64,000 nucleotides of DNA, taken from positions 36,077 to 100,076 of IMG/VR virus record IMGVR_UViG_3300032236_001771. One strand, 5' to 3'. The position numbers and the translations under genes were made by a program. The stretch is from a virus. The notes under the pieces were generated by a model that had not been told where the DNA came from, did not search any database, and worked only from the letters and a program-made list of their open reading frames with translations. Below, in pieces: positions 30,066 to 39,298 of this stretch. Position 1 is the first letter of the stretch; each line of letters starts with the position of its first letter.

Positions 30066-31118
30066 ATGTATAACGACGAGTTTTCTCAATACTTAGTAGA
30101 AAGCACTTCTAATTATTTTGATCGTTATGGTATGATGTATGGTGAAAATAGTATTGGTGATGATGATGAATTTGATGCTATTGTAGAAGGAATTATTGAA
30201 GATTTACTTGATGATGGCTATAATGTTTCTGAATGTATTGATATTCTTGAAGATCTTGATGATGAAGATGTAGAAGAACTTTTTGAAGCAATGCTTATTG
30301 AAGCATCTGATGCTTATTATGCGAGTGCTGCTAAAACCTCTCAAGATAATGCTGCAAGAAATAAAGCAGCTCGCAGAGAAAAGGCTAGAGCAGCGAATGT
30401 TCAAATGAGAAAAAATAGGGCAGAAAGACAAAAAGCAGAAAGGTCTGCTTCTAGACAAGCAAAAGTTTCGGCTGTTAAAGGTGCTGTAAAAGGATTTTTA
30501 AGAAAAGCCAAATCAAAAGCCGTAGGAGCTGTTGCTGGTGCCGCAATGACTGCCTCTCGCAAAAAAGCAGATGTTCAAGCTGCTGGGCAAAAAGTTAAGA
30601 GTGGTATTTTAAGCAAAGTAAGTAGAGCTGCTCAAAAAGTTTCTAATGTTGCTGGTAGAGTTGCTGCCAAAACAGCACAACAACCTACTAAAAAATCTGT
30701 TCCCGCTTCTGCTGGAGCTATTCATAGAGGAGTTTCTACATCAACACCTAAGAAACCAACAGCATCTAAAACATCTTCTACAAAAGCACTTCCTCCAGCA
30801 AAAGAATCTCCTCGTATGGCTGCTGCTAAACAAAAATTAGCAAAAGCAGCTACAGGAAGTAAAGCAAGAGGTACTCGTTTTGTTGGACCTGAAGGCCAAG
30901 TAGCTTCAAAACGTGCTAATACAGATATTCAAGGGGCTCGTCAAAAATTTGCTAAGAGAATCGGACTTGGTGAAGAATTTGATGTGTTTGATATTGTTCT
31001 TGACTATATATTAAGTGAAGAATACGCAGTGTCTTATAAAGATGCATATGTTATTATGAATGAACTTGATGAAGAAACGATTGATGCTATTCTTGAAGAA
31101 AGCGGATATATTATTTGA
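30066..31118 (+). CDS. Hypothetical protein: acidic repeat modules flanking a long basic Ala/Lys-rich core
   Basis: 350 aa with RBS AGGAG. N- and C-terminal DE-rich modules (LLDDGYNVSECIDILEDLDDE and ILSEEYAVSYKDAYVIMNELDEE) flank about 200 aa of K/R/A-rich core. Confidence 0.55.
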   Translation: MYNDEFSQYLVESTSNYFDRYGMMYGENSIGDDDEFDAIVEGIIEDLLDDGYNVSECIDILEDLDDEDVEELFEAMLIEASDAYYASAAKTSQDNAARNKAARREKARAANVQMRKNRAERQKAERSASRQAKVSAVKGAVKGFLRKAKSKAVGAVAGAAMTASRKKADVQAAGQKVKSGILSKVSRAAQKVSNVAGRVAAKTAQQPTKKSVPASAGAIHRGVSTSTPKKPTASKTSSTKALPPAKESPRMAAAKQKLAKAATGSKARGTRFVGPEGQVASKRANTDIQGARQKFAKRIGLGEEFDVFDIVLDYILSEEYAVSYKDAYVIMNELDEETIDAILEESGYII

Positions 31119-31155
31119 TTTGTATTTAATTTAAAATTATCGGAGGTTATTTAAA

Positions 31156-31353
31156 ATGTTAACGACTGTTTTTCTAACTAAATTGTTTTTGACTGTTGCT
31201 CCAGCCGGATTTAAAGTAAGTCCTTCTTGGATTGTTGGTTTACTTCTTGTTATTTCTGAATATCTTGGGAGCAATCCTAAGATTAAAGAAAATAGCGTAT
31301 ATCAACTTGCAGTTTCATTTTTGAAAGCTGTGGGTGGTATGTTTAATAAGTGA
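31156..31353 (+). CDS. Small membrane protein
   Basis: 65 aa with RBS GGAGG. Two hydrophobic stretches (LTTVFLTKLFLTVAPAG and WIVGLLLVISEYLG). Confidence 0.45.
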   Translation: MLTTVFLTKLFLTVAPAGFKVSPSWIVGLLLVISEYLGSNPKIKENSVYQLAVSFLKAVGGMFNK

Positions 31354-31378
31354 TAATCAGTTAAAATAAATTTTTTAA

Positions 31379-31408
31379 CCACACTCCAAATACGAGTGTG
31401 GTTTTTTT
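31379..31408 (+). terminator. Rho-independent terminator
   Basis: CCACACTC-CAAATAC-GAGTGTGG hairpin followed by T7. Confidence 0.65.
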
Positions 31409-31415
31409 ATAAATA
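31408..31415 (+). promoter_or_regulatory. T4-type late promoter TATAAATA
   Basis: Exact TATAAATA directly after the terminator T-run and 38 nt upstream of ATG 31453. Confidence 0.5.
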
Positions 31416-31452
31416 TTTTAAGATATAAAAGTAATTTTTAGGAGCATAAACA

Positions 31453-32760
31453 ATGCCTCTCTGGGGTTCGGGTTCAAATCACGTAGTCTTTACAGCAGAC
31501 GCTACAAACAATTCTTACAGATTAAATAATGTAACGGTAGGTGTTGGTTTTACTAGCACTGATATTCATTTGGGACAATTAGTAGTTAGCACTGGAACTA
31601 CTGGTATTCCTTATGATAGTCGCATTGCCAATATTGGACTTGGTACTACATATATTGATTTAACTAATCCATATATTGCTGGAACTGGCACTACTATTTC
31701 ATTTGATGCTAATGATGCATATAAGCCAGAAAAAGCTATTGTTGGAAATAAAGCATTTGAAGGATATAATACATTTGCTACAGAACGTGGATGGGTTCAA
31801 AGGCATTATAAAAAAAGAATTGCTTTTACTGGTGTTGTTACTTCTGGTTCAACCACAATCAGCAATGTTGTAGTTGGCAATGGCTCTACTGCTGCTGATT
31901 TTCAGCTTGGTCAATTAGTTGGTGGTATTGGGGTTCCTGGTGATCCAACTGATAAAAAAGGTAATTATATTACACAACTTTTACCTGCCGCTGGATCTGG
32001 AGTTACTGGAATTGTTCTTAGTGATACAGCTTCTCTTTCTGGTACTACTGTTGCATTAAGTGCTTATAATTATTGGGATGAAGTTATTGTTAGTGCTAGA
32101 GAGCTTTCTTCAAGACTTGGAGAACCTGAAATTCAAGCAGTTTCTTTTGATAAAGCTTCCTATTCCGTCAATACCACAGGATACGTTATTATATCATTTA
32201 ATGAACCTGTTAATGTTATGGGAACAGGTTCTACGTTAATTGTTAATAACAGTAGCACAGGAAACACTACTGCTTCATATGCTTATGGTTCTGGAACAAA
32301 TAGAATTCATTATAGCTTTGGTACTGGTCTTACCGGAACTCTCTCAATTACTTCACAAACACTTGCTGGAGCTGGAGCTACAATTGCAGGATTAGATCAA
32401 AATTATTCAACACTTTCATTCCCAGCTACATTAACTACTGGAAGTAGAGTTGCAACTGGAGTGACCACAACGACATCACTTAAAGTTGGACAACCAATTG
32501 TTTCTACTGGATTTACTGCTTCAACTCAAATTGTTTCAGTTTCTTCTGGTGGTACTACAATTACATTAAGTACTTCTGCTTTAAGTACTGGTACTACTAC
32601 AGTTTCTATTTCTGAAGCTAATGCTAGAACTCAAATTTATTCTTCGTATCTCATTGGTGCTGGAATAACTAGTCTTTCTTTATCTGGGACAGTTCCCACT
32701 TATCCTGGGACTTCAATTTTTTATTATGGTGGAAATACTATTACAGCCGCCGTTTCTTAA
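31453..32760 (+). CDS. Gly/Thr/Ser-rich repeat protein, probable virion structural protein
   Basis: 435 aa with a late promoter and RBS AGGAG. Internal repeats of the type xxGxxxTSTDIHLGQLVVSTGTTGIP, GNGSTAADFQLGQLVGGIGVPG and TTTSLKVGQPIVSTGFTAST. Confidence 0.55.
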   Translation: MPLWGSGSNHVVFTADATNNSYRLNNVTVGVGFTSTDIHLGQLVVSTGTTGIPYDSRIANIGLGTTYIDLTNPYIAGTGTTISFDANDAYKPEKAIVGNKAFEGYNTFATERGWVQRHYKKRIAFTGVVTSGSTTISNVVVGNGSTAADFQLGQLVGGIGVPGDPTDKKGNYITQLLPAAGSGVTGIVLSDTASLSGTTVALSAYNYWDEVIVSARELSSRLGEPEIQAVSFDKASYSVNTTGYVIISFNEPVNVMGTGSTLIVNNSSTGNTTASYAYGSGTNRIHYSFGTGLTGTLSITSQTLAGAGATIAGLDQNYSTLSFPATLTTGSRVATGVTTTTSLKVGQPIVSTGFTASTQIVSVSSGGTTITLSTSALSTGTTTVSISEANARTQIYSSYLIGAGITSLSLSGTVPTYPGTSIFYYGGNTITAAVS

Positions 32761-32768
32761 TATAAATT

Positions 32769-33137
32769 ATGCAATTTAATGAGTTGAATAAAGATAATTA
32801 TATTATATTTGCTATTAAACATTATGATAATCCAAATTGTGTAACAAAAGAAGAGTTTTTTGATGATATGAATAAATTTAAACATGTCAAAAAACTCTTT
32901 AATTTATATCAAAAATCGGGAGTATTAAAGACACATTTAATACTAAATCATATTATAACTTTATATAATTTGTTTGGTGATGCAGCTACACCATTATTAC
33001 TTTTTAAAGTAGGGTGTGATAATTGGTCAGCATTAAAGACGTTTATGATATATCTCAATAGATATCCAGAAATTACATCATCTTTAGACAATATAAAAAT
33101 TGATGAAATTTGTTTTAAGGAGCTTAGATTAATTTAA
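32769..33137 (+). CDS. Hypothetical protein
   Basis: 122 aa ORF. No motif recognised. Confidence 0.45.
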   Translation: MQFNELNKDNYIIFAIKHYDNPNCVTKEEFFDDMNKFKHVKKLFNLYQKSGVLKTHLILNHIITLYNLFGDAATPLLLFKVGCDNWSALKTFMIYLNRYPEITSSLDNIKIDEICFKELRLI

Positions 33138-33691
33138 TGAGTAAATTAAAAGAAGATGGTATGGGTGCAGGAGCACCAGTAAGTAATACTGGTTCTACTT
33201 CCTCATCTGCAGGATTATCCAGTTCAGCAACTGGATCAATAAAAGGATATGACCCAATTATGAGTCGTAAGAAAAGAAAAAAAGAAATGGAAGAAGAGAA
33301 TATAGATAGTACTACTCAAAAATCTAGAAATAGATTTAAAAAAAATGCCATAGCAAAACCAGATGAAACTCTTATTGGAGATAATGCTTTGGAACGTTTT
33401 AGTGAAAATAAAACATTAAATCAATTTAGAGAGGATTGTAGATTTGTGATTAAACGCGGACATTTAAATGAAGACGTTTATGATTCCCTATATAAGATAG
33501 CGGGTCAAAAAAGACCTGGGCACATATGTCTTGCAGATAGAGGGGTCATTCAAGTAGACCCAATGATGGCGTCATTTTTGGTAAATACAATTTCTTCATT
33601 AGATCTTGAACAACAAAAATTATTTCGTGAAATGATGAATAGGAATGTCCTTGCTTTTATGTATGTTTTAAAAACACTTAAAAGAAAGTAG
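33137..33691 (+). CDS. Hypothetical protein
   Basis: 184 aa. Ser/Gly-rich N-terminus followed by a basic stretch (SRKKRKKE). No motif recognised. Confidence 0.45.
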   Translation: MSKLKEDGMGAGAPVSNTGSTSSSAGLSSSATGSIKGYDPIMSRKKRKKEMEEENIDSTTQKSRNRFKKNAIAKPDETLIGDNALERFSENKTLNQFREDCRFVIKRGHLNEDVYDSLYKIAGQKRPGHICLADRGVIQVDPMMASFLVNTISSLDLEQQKLFREMMNRNVLAFMYVLKTLKRK

Positions 33692-33699
33692 GAGGCTTA

Positions 33700-34143
33700 A
33701 TGGACAATCAGGAATCTCGCATTTCAATCTTGGAAAACAAAACGCAGTATTATGATAATTTTTTAACCAAGGTTGATACTGCTATTGATAGGATGTCTGA
33801 AGCATCTTCTCGTATTAGCCAAATGTTAGCAGTTCATGAAGAAAGATTGCAACATGCATCAAAAACAGATGAAATGATTTTATCATTATTTGAAACCAAT
33901 AAAGCCGATACTCACAAAAAAATTGAATCTATTAGGGATTTTTCTGAAGAAGAAAGTAAAGGAATTCACACTAAAATAGAAAAAATACAAAAAGACATTT
34001 CCGATTTACAAAAACTCAAATGGGTAGTAAATGGCATTGGAATTGCTGCTAGTATTGCTGTGGTTGCTATTGCGGGACTCTTCCAAGGAATGATGGTTCC
34101 TCAAAATTCCTCTCATAATTCAGACACACATCAAGTCCAATAG
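33700..34143 (+). CDS. Coiled-coil protein with C-terminal transmembrane helix
   Basis: 147 aa with RBS AGGAGG. The hydrophobic segment WVVNGIGIAASIAVVAIAGLF lies near the C-terminus. Confidence 0.5.
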   Translation: MDNQESRISILENKTQYYDNFLTKVDTAIDRMSEASSRISQMLAVHEERLQHASKTDEMILSLFETNKADTHKKIESIRDFSEEESKGIHTKIEKIQKDISDLQKLKWVVNGIGIAASIAVVAIAGLFQGMMVPQNSSHNSDTHQVQ

Positions 34144-34145
34144 CC

Positions 34146-34174
34146 TTGACAATCGGTAATTTGTGTGGTATACT
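34146..34174 (+). promoter_or_regulatory. Host sigma70-type promoter TTGACA-N17-TATACT
   Basis: TTGACA at 34146-34151, 17-nt spacer, TATACT at 34169-34174. It lies 30 nt upstream of the primase ATG. Confidence 0.6.
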
Positions 34175-34203
34175 GAAAGTTGTCTCCAATACAGTGTGAT
34201 TAA

Positions 34204-35205
34204 ATGAGCATTATTGACACAACTTATATTAATTTGCTCTCATCTAATTTAAGAAACTTTAAACGAAAAAAAGATTATCTTTATAATTTTTCTTGCCCTT
34301 ATTGCGGTGATTCTTCTAAGAACAAGAACAAAGCAAGGGGGTATTTTTATCGGCAAAAAAATGACATGTTTTTTAAATGTCATAATTGCAGTATTGGTAA
34401 AACACTTGCAAATTTTTTAAAAGATAATAATAAATTATTATATGATCAATATTTGATGGAAAGATATAAAAGTGGATTGACCGGAAAAAATACTCCTGTA
34501 CCAAATCCTAAATTTGAGTTTGAAAAACCTAAATTTACTCATACAATTTTTTCTAATCTTCCTACAATTTTAGATTTAGATGAAAATCATCACGCAAAAA
34601 AATATCTTAAAAGTAGAAGAATACCAGAAAAATTCTTGTCTAAATTATATTATGCCGAGAAATTTTTTGAATGGAGTTCGTCATTTGAATCTAATTATGC
34701 CAATAGTGAAAAAGATGAAGACAGAATTGTTATTCCATTTTTTTCAGAAAATAAAGAAATTTATGGATATCAAGGTCGTTCTCTTAATCCAAAATCAAAT
34801 CTTAGGTATATCACAAAAACCCTTAATTCAAATTATCCCAAAGTATATGGACTTGATACTATAAACAAAACTAAAACAGTTTATATTACTGAAGGTCCAT
34901 TTGATAGCATGTTTTTAGATAATGCTATTGCTATGGGTGGGGCTGATGTTAATGTCTCTAATATTTTAGATAAATCAAAAATTGTTATGATTTTTGATAA
35001 TGAACCAAGAAATACAGAAATTATTAACAGGATGGAAAAAACAATATTTAATAATTATTCTATTGTAATTTGGCCTATTGATTTAAAATATAAAGATATT
35101 AATGATATTGTTTTAGCTGATATGGATGTCCAAAGTATGGTGTTAGATAATACTTACCACGGATTAGAAGCACAAGTAAAATTATCTCAATGGAAAAAAG
35201 TTTAA
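34204..35205 (+). CDS. gp61: DNA primase gp61
   Basis: 333 aa. Zinc finger CPYCGDSSKNKNKARGYFY...FKCHNC (T4: CPVCGDSKTDQNKARGWYY...HCYNC), and Toprim-like VYITEGPFDSMF and FDNEPRN. Confidence 0.9.
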   Translation: MSIIDTTYINLLSSNLRNFKRKKDYLYNFSCPYCGDSSKNKNKARGYFYRQKNDMFFKCHNCSIGKTLANFLKDNNKLLYDQYLMERYKSGLTGKNTPVPNPKFEFEKPKFTHTIFSNLPTILDLDENHHAKKYLKSRRIPEKFLSKLYYAEKFFEWSSSFESNYANSEKDEDRIVIPFFSENKEIYGYQGRSLNPKSNLRYITKTLNSNYPKVYGLDTINKTKTVYITEGPFDSMFLDNAIAMGGADVNVSNILDKSKIVMIFDNEPRNTEIINRMEKTIFNNYSIVIWPIDLKYKDINDIVLADMDVQSMVLDNTYHGLEAQVKLSQWKKV

Positions 35206-37508
35206 TGGCAAACGGAATCAAAGTAAAAAAACGAGACGGTAAAATTGAATTATTGAATTTAGAAAAAATTCATATTATGGTAGATAATGCTTGTGAAGGA
35301 TTATCTAATGTTTCTGCTTCACAAGTAGAAATGAATTCAGGACTTCAATTTTATGATGGAATTAGTACTGATGAAATTCAGCAAATTCTTGTTCGTAGTG
35401 CAAGCGATTTAATTACTCTTGATAATCCAAATTATCAATATGTTGCTGCTAGACTTTTACTATTTGGACTTCGTAAAACAGTATTTGGTGATGATTGGAA
35501 AAATGGTCTTCCTTCAGTAAAAAATCATCTTGATACTGGAATTAATATTGGAGTTTATGATGATGAACTTCAAAATAAATATTCAAATGATGAGTGGGAT
35601 AAAATTAATTTATTTGTTGATCACGAAAGAGATTTTATTTTTTCTTACGCTGGTCTTCGTCAAGTTGTTGATAAGTATTTGGTTCAAGATCGTAGTAGTG
35701 GTGTAATTTTTGAAACACCACAATATATGTATATTTTGATAGCAGCTACGTTATTTCAAAATTATTCAAAAGAAATTCGTCTATCATACGTTAAAAAGTA
35801 CTATGACGCAATCAGCAAGCACAAAATCAACATCCCAACACCAATTATGGCAGGAGTACGAACACCTCTACGCCAATTTGCATCTTGTGTTCTTATTGAT
35901 ACAGATGATACCCTCAATAGTATCTTTAGCAGTGACATGGCTATTGGTAGATACGTCGCACAAAGAGCTGGTATTGGCATTAATGCGGGCAGAATTCGTG
36001 GGATCAATTCTAAGATCAGAGGTGGAGAAGTGCAGCACACAGGAATTATACCATTCCTTAAAAAATTTGAGTCAACTGTACGATGCTGCACTCAAAACGG
36101 CATCAGAGGTGGTTCTGCAACAACGTTTTTTCCTATATGGCACCAAGAGATAGAAGATATTATTGTTCTTAAAAATAATAAAGGAACTGAAGATAATAGA
36201 GTTCGTAAATTAGATTATGGTATTCAAATATCTAAACTTTTTTATGAACGATTTATTAAAAATCAAGAAATTACGTTATTTTCCCCAAACGATGTTCCTG
36301 GTCTTTATGATGCTTTTGGTACTGATAACTTTGATAGTCTTTATGTAAAATATGAGAAAGATAATTCTATTCGTAAAAAATCTATTGGTGCTCAAGAATT
36401 ATTTTTGGATATTTTAAAAGAAAGGGCTGAAACTGGTCGTATTTATATTATGAATATTGATCACTGTAATTCTCATAGTTCTTTTAAAGATAAAGTTAAT
36501 ATGAGTAATCTTTGTATGGAAATTACTTTACCAACTAAACCAATTGATCATATTGATGATTCAACTGGTGAAATTGCTACTTGTATTCTTTCTGCTATTA
36601 ATGTTGGTAAATTAAATTCTCTTGATGAATTGGAATTGTTGTGTGATTTATCAGTTCGTGGTCTTGATGAATTAATTGATTATCAAGGATATCCTGTTGA
36701 GGCAGCTAAAAATTCAACTATTAATCGTCGTTCTTTGGGTGTAGGATATATTGGGTTGGCACATTATTTGGCTAAAAATAAAGTTAAATATTCAGATAAA
36801 AAAGCTTTGGATCTTGTTCATAATTTAACAGAGGCATTTCAATATTATTTGATAAAATCTAGCAATAATCTTGCTAAAGAAAAAGGTCCTTGTGGGTGGT
36901 TTAATAAAACAAAATATTCTGATGGAGTATTGCCAATTGATACATATAAGAAAGAGGTTGATGAGTTAGTTTCAATTGAATTAAATTATGATTGGGAAAC
37001 TCTTAGAAAAGATATTTTACAATGGGGTCTTCGTAATTCTACACTTTCAGCACAAATGCCATCTGAAAGTAGTTCAGTAGTATCAAATGAAACTAATGGA
37101 ATTGAACCTCCTCGTGGATTCTTGTCTATAAAAAAATCTAAAAAAGGACCTCTCAAACAGATTGTTCCTCAATACAATACCCTTAAAAATTATTATACTC
37201 TTTTATGGGATATGCCAGATAATTCTGGTTATATTAATATTGTTTCTGTAATGCAAAAATTCTTTGATCAAGCCATTTCTGGCAATTGGTCATACAATCC
37301 AGAACATTATCCTGATAATGAAGTTCCTGTTTCTGAAATGGCTAAAGATTTATTAAATACATATCGTTATGGTTGGAAAACTTCATACTATCAAAACACA
37401 TACGATTTTAAAAAAGATGATGATATTGAAGAAAAAACTGAAAGCAAACTTAATGATATTTTACTAGAATTACAAGGAGAAGAAAATTGTGACTCATGCT
37501 CAATCTAA
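35205..37508 (+). CDS. nrdA: Ribonucleotide reductase class I alpha subunit
   Basis: Start re-set to the ATG overlapping the gp61 stop (TAATG). ATP-cone N-terminus (VKKRDGKIE), catalytic blocks (SCVLI, NLCMEITLP, PSESSS), and a C-terminal CxxC tail (CDSC). Confidence 0.92.
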   Translation: MANGIKVKKRDGKIELLNLEKIHIMVDNACEGLSNVSASQVEMNSGLQFYDGISTDEIQQILVRSASDLITLDNPNYQYVAARLLLFGLRKTVFGDDWKNGLPSVKNHLDTGINIGVYDDELQNKYSNDEWDKINLFVDHERDFIFSYAGLRQVVDKYLVQDRSSGVIFETPQYMYILIAATLFQNYSKEIRLSYVKKYYDAISKHKINIPTPIMAGVRTPLRQFASCVLIDTDDTLNSIFSSDMAIGRYVAQRAGIGINAGRIRGINSKIRGGEVQHTGIIPFLKKFESTVRCCTQNGIRGGSATTFFPIWHQEIEDIIVLKNNKGTEDNRVRKLDYGIQISKLFYERFIKNQEITLFSPNDVPGLYDAFGTDNFDSLYVKYEKDNSIRKKSIGAQELFLDILKERAETGRIYIMNIDHCNSHSSFKDKVNMSNLCMEITLPTKPIDHIDDSTGEIATCILSAINVGKLNSLDELELLCDLSVRGLDELIDYQGYPVEAAKNSTINRRSLGVGYIGLAHYLAKNKVKYSDKKALDLVHNLTEAFQYYLIKSSNNLAKEKGPCGWFNKTKYSDGVLPIDTYKKEVDELVSIELNYDWETLRKDILQWGLRNSTLSAQMPSESSSVVSNETNGIEPPRGFLSIKKSKKGPLKQIVPQYNTLKNYYTLLWDMPDNSGYINIVSVMQKFFDQAISGNWSYNPEHYPDNEVPVSEMAKDLLNTYRYGWKTSYYQNTYDFKKDDDIEEKTESKLNDILLELQGEENCDSCSI

Positions 37509-37671
37509 AAAAATATATAATTTACCATTAGAATACTGTGAGTGGGAAGATGAACTTTATATTAAATTTCCAGAAGAAATGGTAAAAGGTCTTGACTGGG
37601 ATGAATCTGATATGTTAGAGTGGGAAGTGATAGACGACAAAACAGTAGTAATTACGAGGAAAAACAATTAA
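37489..37671 (+). CDS. Small AbrB/SpoVT (MazE-like) fold protein
   Basis: 60 aa with a GTG start 9 nt after AAGGAG. LYIKFPEEMVKGLDWDESDMLEWEVIDDKTVVITRK fits the swapped-hairpin pattern (v.iP.e....l....gd.le.e...d..vvi.k). Confidence 0.45.
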   Translation: MTHAQSKKIYNLPLEYCEWEDELYIKFPEEMVKGLDWDESDMLEWEVIDDKTVVITRKNN

Positions 37672-38837
37672 TGGAATTTGTTATGGATACTAACCGTGAT
37701 ATTAAAGGTATGACAGTATTTAATTCAAACAAAGTAGATACAAAAATGCAACCTATGTTTTTTGGACAACCTCTTGGTATTCAAAGATATGACACATATA
37801 AGTATCCAATTTTTGAAAAATTAACAGAACAACAAATGGGATATTTCTGGAGACCTCAAGAGATATCTCTACAAAAAGATCGTGCAGATTATCAAACTCT
37901 TCGTCCAGAACAAAAACATATTTTTACAGCAAATTTAAAATATCAAGTTATGCTTGATTCGGTTCAAGGTCGTGGTCCTGGTATGGCATTTACTCCATAT
38001 TGTTCATTGCCAGAATTAGAATCTGCTATGAAATTTTGGGAAACAATGGAAATGATTCATTCACGTTCTTATACTTATATTATTAAGAATGTGTATGCAG
38101 ATCCTTCGGAAGTTTTTGATACTATTCTTGATGATGAAAATATTATGAGACGAGCAAAAACAGTTACTGCATCATATGATGATTTTATTAATTGTGCTCA
38201 AACTTGGGCTAGTGGATGTTTATGGCAAATGGAAAACGGACATGAAACAGCTTCTTATGAATTAAAAGAATTGAAAAGAAAACTATATAAAGCTGTTGTT
38301 AATGTTAATATTCTTGAAGGTATACGTTTTTATGTATCTTTTGCTTGTAGTTTTGGGTTTGGTGAACTCAAGCTTATGGAAGGTAGTGCCAAAATTATTT
38401 CCTTAATTGCTAGGGATGAAAATCAACATTTAGTGCTTACTCAAAATATTATTAAAAATTGGGTTAATGGTGATGATTCAACAATTTTGGAAATTATGAA
38501 AGAGGAAGAACAAAATGTATATGAAATGTTTAAAATTGCTGTAAATGAAGAAAAGCAATGGGCAGAATATTTGTTTAAAGAAGGTTCAATGATTGGATTA
38601 AATGCTAAACTTCTTAATTCATATGTTGAATGGATTGCTAATCTTCGCATGAAGGCAATTGGATTAAATCCAATTTTTGATATTTCTGTAAAAAATAATC
38701 CACTTCCTTGGACTTCTCATTGGTTAAATTCTAAAGATGTTCAAGTAGCACCTCAGGAAACAGAAATTACTTCGTATTTAGTTGGTGGAATCAAACAAGA
38801 TATGCAAAAAAATAGTTTTGTTGGATTTCAACTTTAA
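37671..38837 (+). CDS. nrdB: Ribonucleotide reductase class I beta subunit
   Basis: Start re-set to the ATG at 37671 (TAATG overlap). Di-iron and radical-site blocks (EMIHSRSYTYI, EGIRFYVSFA, RDENQH). Confidence 0.92.
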   Translation: MEFVMDTNRDIKGMTVFNSNKVDTKMQPMFFGQPLGIQRYDTYKYPIFEKLTEQQMGYFWRPQEISLQKDRADYQTLRPEQKHIFTANLKYQVMLDSVQGRGPGMAFTPYCSLPELESAMKFWETMEMIHSRSYTYIIKNVYADPSEVFDTILDDENIMRRAKTVTASYDDFINCAQTWASGCLWQMENGHETASYELKELKRKLYKAVVNVNILEGIRFYVSFACSFGFGELKLMEGSAKIISLIARDENQHLVLTQNIIKNWVNGDDSTILEIMKEEEQNVYEMFKIAVNEEKQWAEYLFKEGSMIGLNAKLLNSYVEWIANLRMKAIGLNPIFDISVKNNPLPWTSHWLNSKDVQVAPQETEITSYLVGGIKQDMQKNSFVGFQL

Positions 38838-38842
38838 TTTTA

Positions 38843-38869
38843 AAGAGGCTCTATGAGCCTCTTTTTTCT
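38843..38869 (+). terminator. Rho-independent terminator after nrdB
   Basis: AAGAGGCTC-TAT-GAGCCTCTT palindrome followed by TTTT. CTAAATA lies at 38868-38874. Confidence 0.65.
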
Positions 38870-38898
38870 AAATATTAATATAAATTCTAAAATATTTT

Positions 38899-39099
38899 AT
38901 GAATACTATTTGGAGAATTTGGTGTAAAGAATTGGGAAATAAAGCATCAAATTGTAATACCGAATCTGATTGGGTTGCTATTTTAAGAACTTTGATATTT
39001 GTTACATATTTTATGACTAACGTATTCATAGTATCAGGAGTAATACGACATTGGAACGACAAGTACTATTCAGATACATTGGAAATGCGTCATTATTAA
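38899..39099 (+). CDS. Small membrane ORF (possibly the 5' part of a split gene)
   Basis: 66 aa with the hydrophobic helix WVAILRTLIFVTYFMTNVFIVSGVI. Its end overlaps the next ORF by 49 nt in another frame. Confidence 0.3.
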   Translation: MNTIWRIWCKELGNKASNCNTESDWVAILRTLIFVTYFMTNVFIVSGVIRHWNDKYYSDTLEMRHY

Positions 39100-39275
39100 T
39101 TGGCTATTATTTTTTGCTTTTTATTGATCAAAAAACTGGGTTACTTTTAAGAATTATAGCTCCTATATTTTTTCTCCCTTCTTGCATAAAATTAAAACTT
39201 TGGGATATATTAATTTTAACAGGAGTTTTTCTTGTTATGGATATAACTAAATTGACTCATTTACTTATTAAATAA
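39051..39275 (+). CDS. Small membrane ORF (TTG start only; possibly the 3' part of a split gene)
   Basis: 74 aa with 2-3 hydrophobic helices and no ATG start. The frame is open from 39021. Confidence 0.3.
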   Translation: MERQVLFRYIGNASLLIGYYFLLFIDQKTGLLLRIIAPIFFLPSCIKLKLWDILILTGVFLVMDITKLTHLLIK

Positions 39276-39298
39276 ATAAAAAAATAAATGAGTTTATC

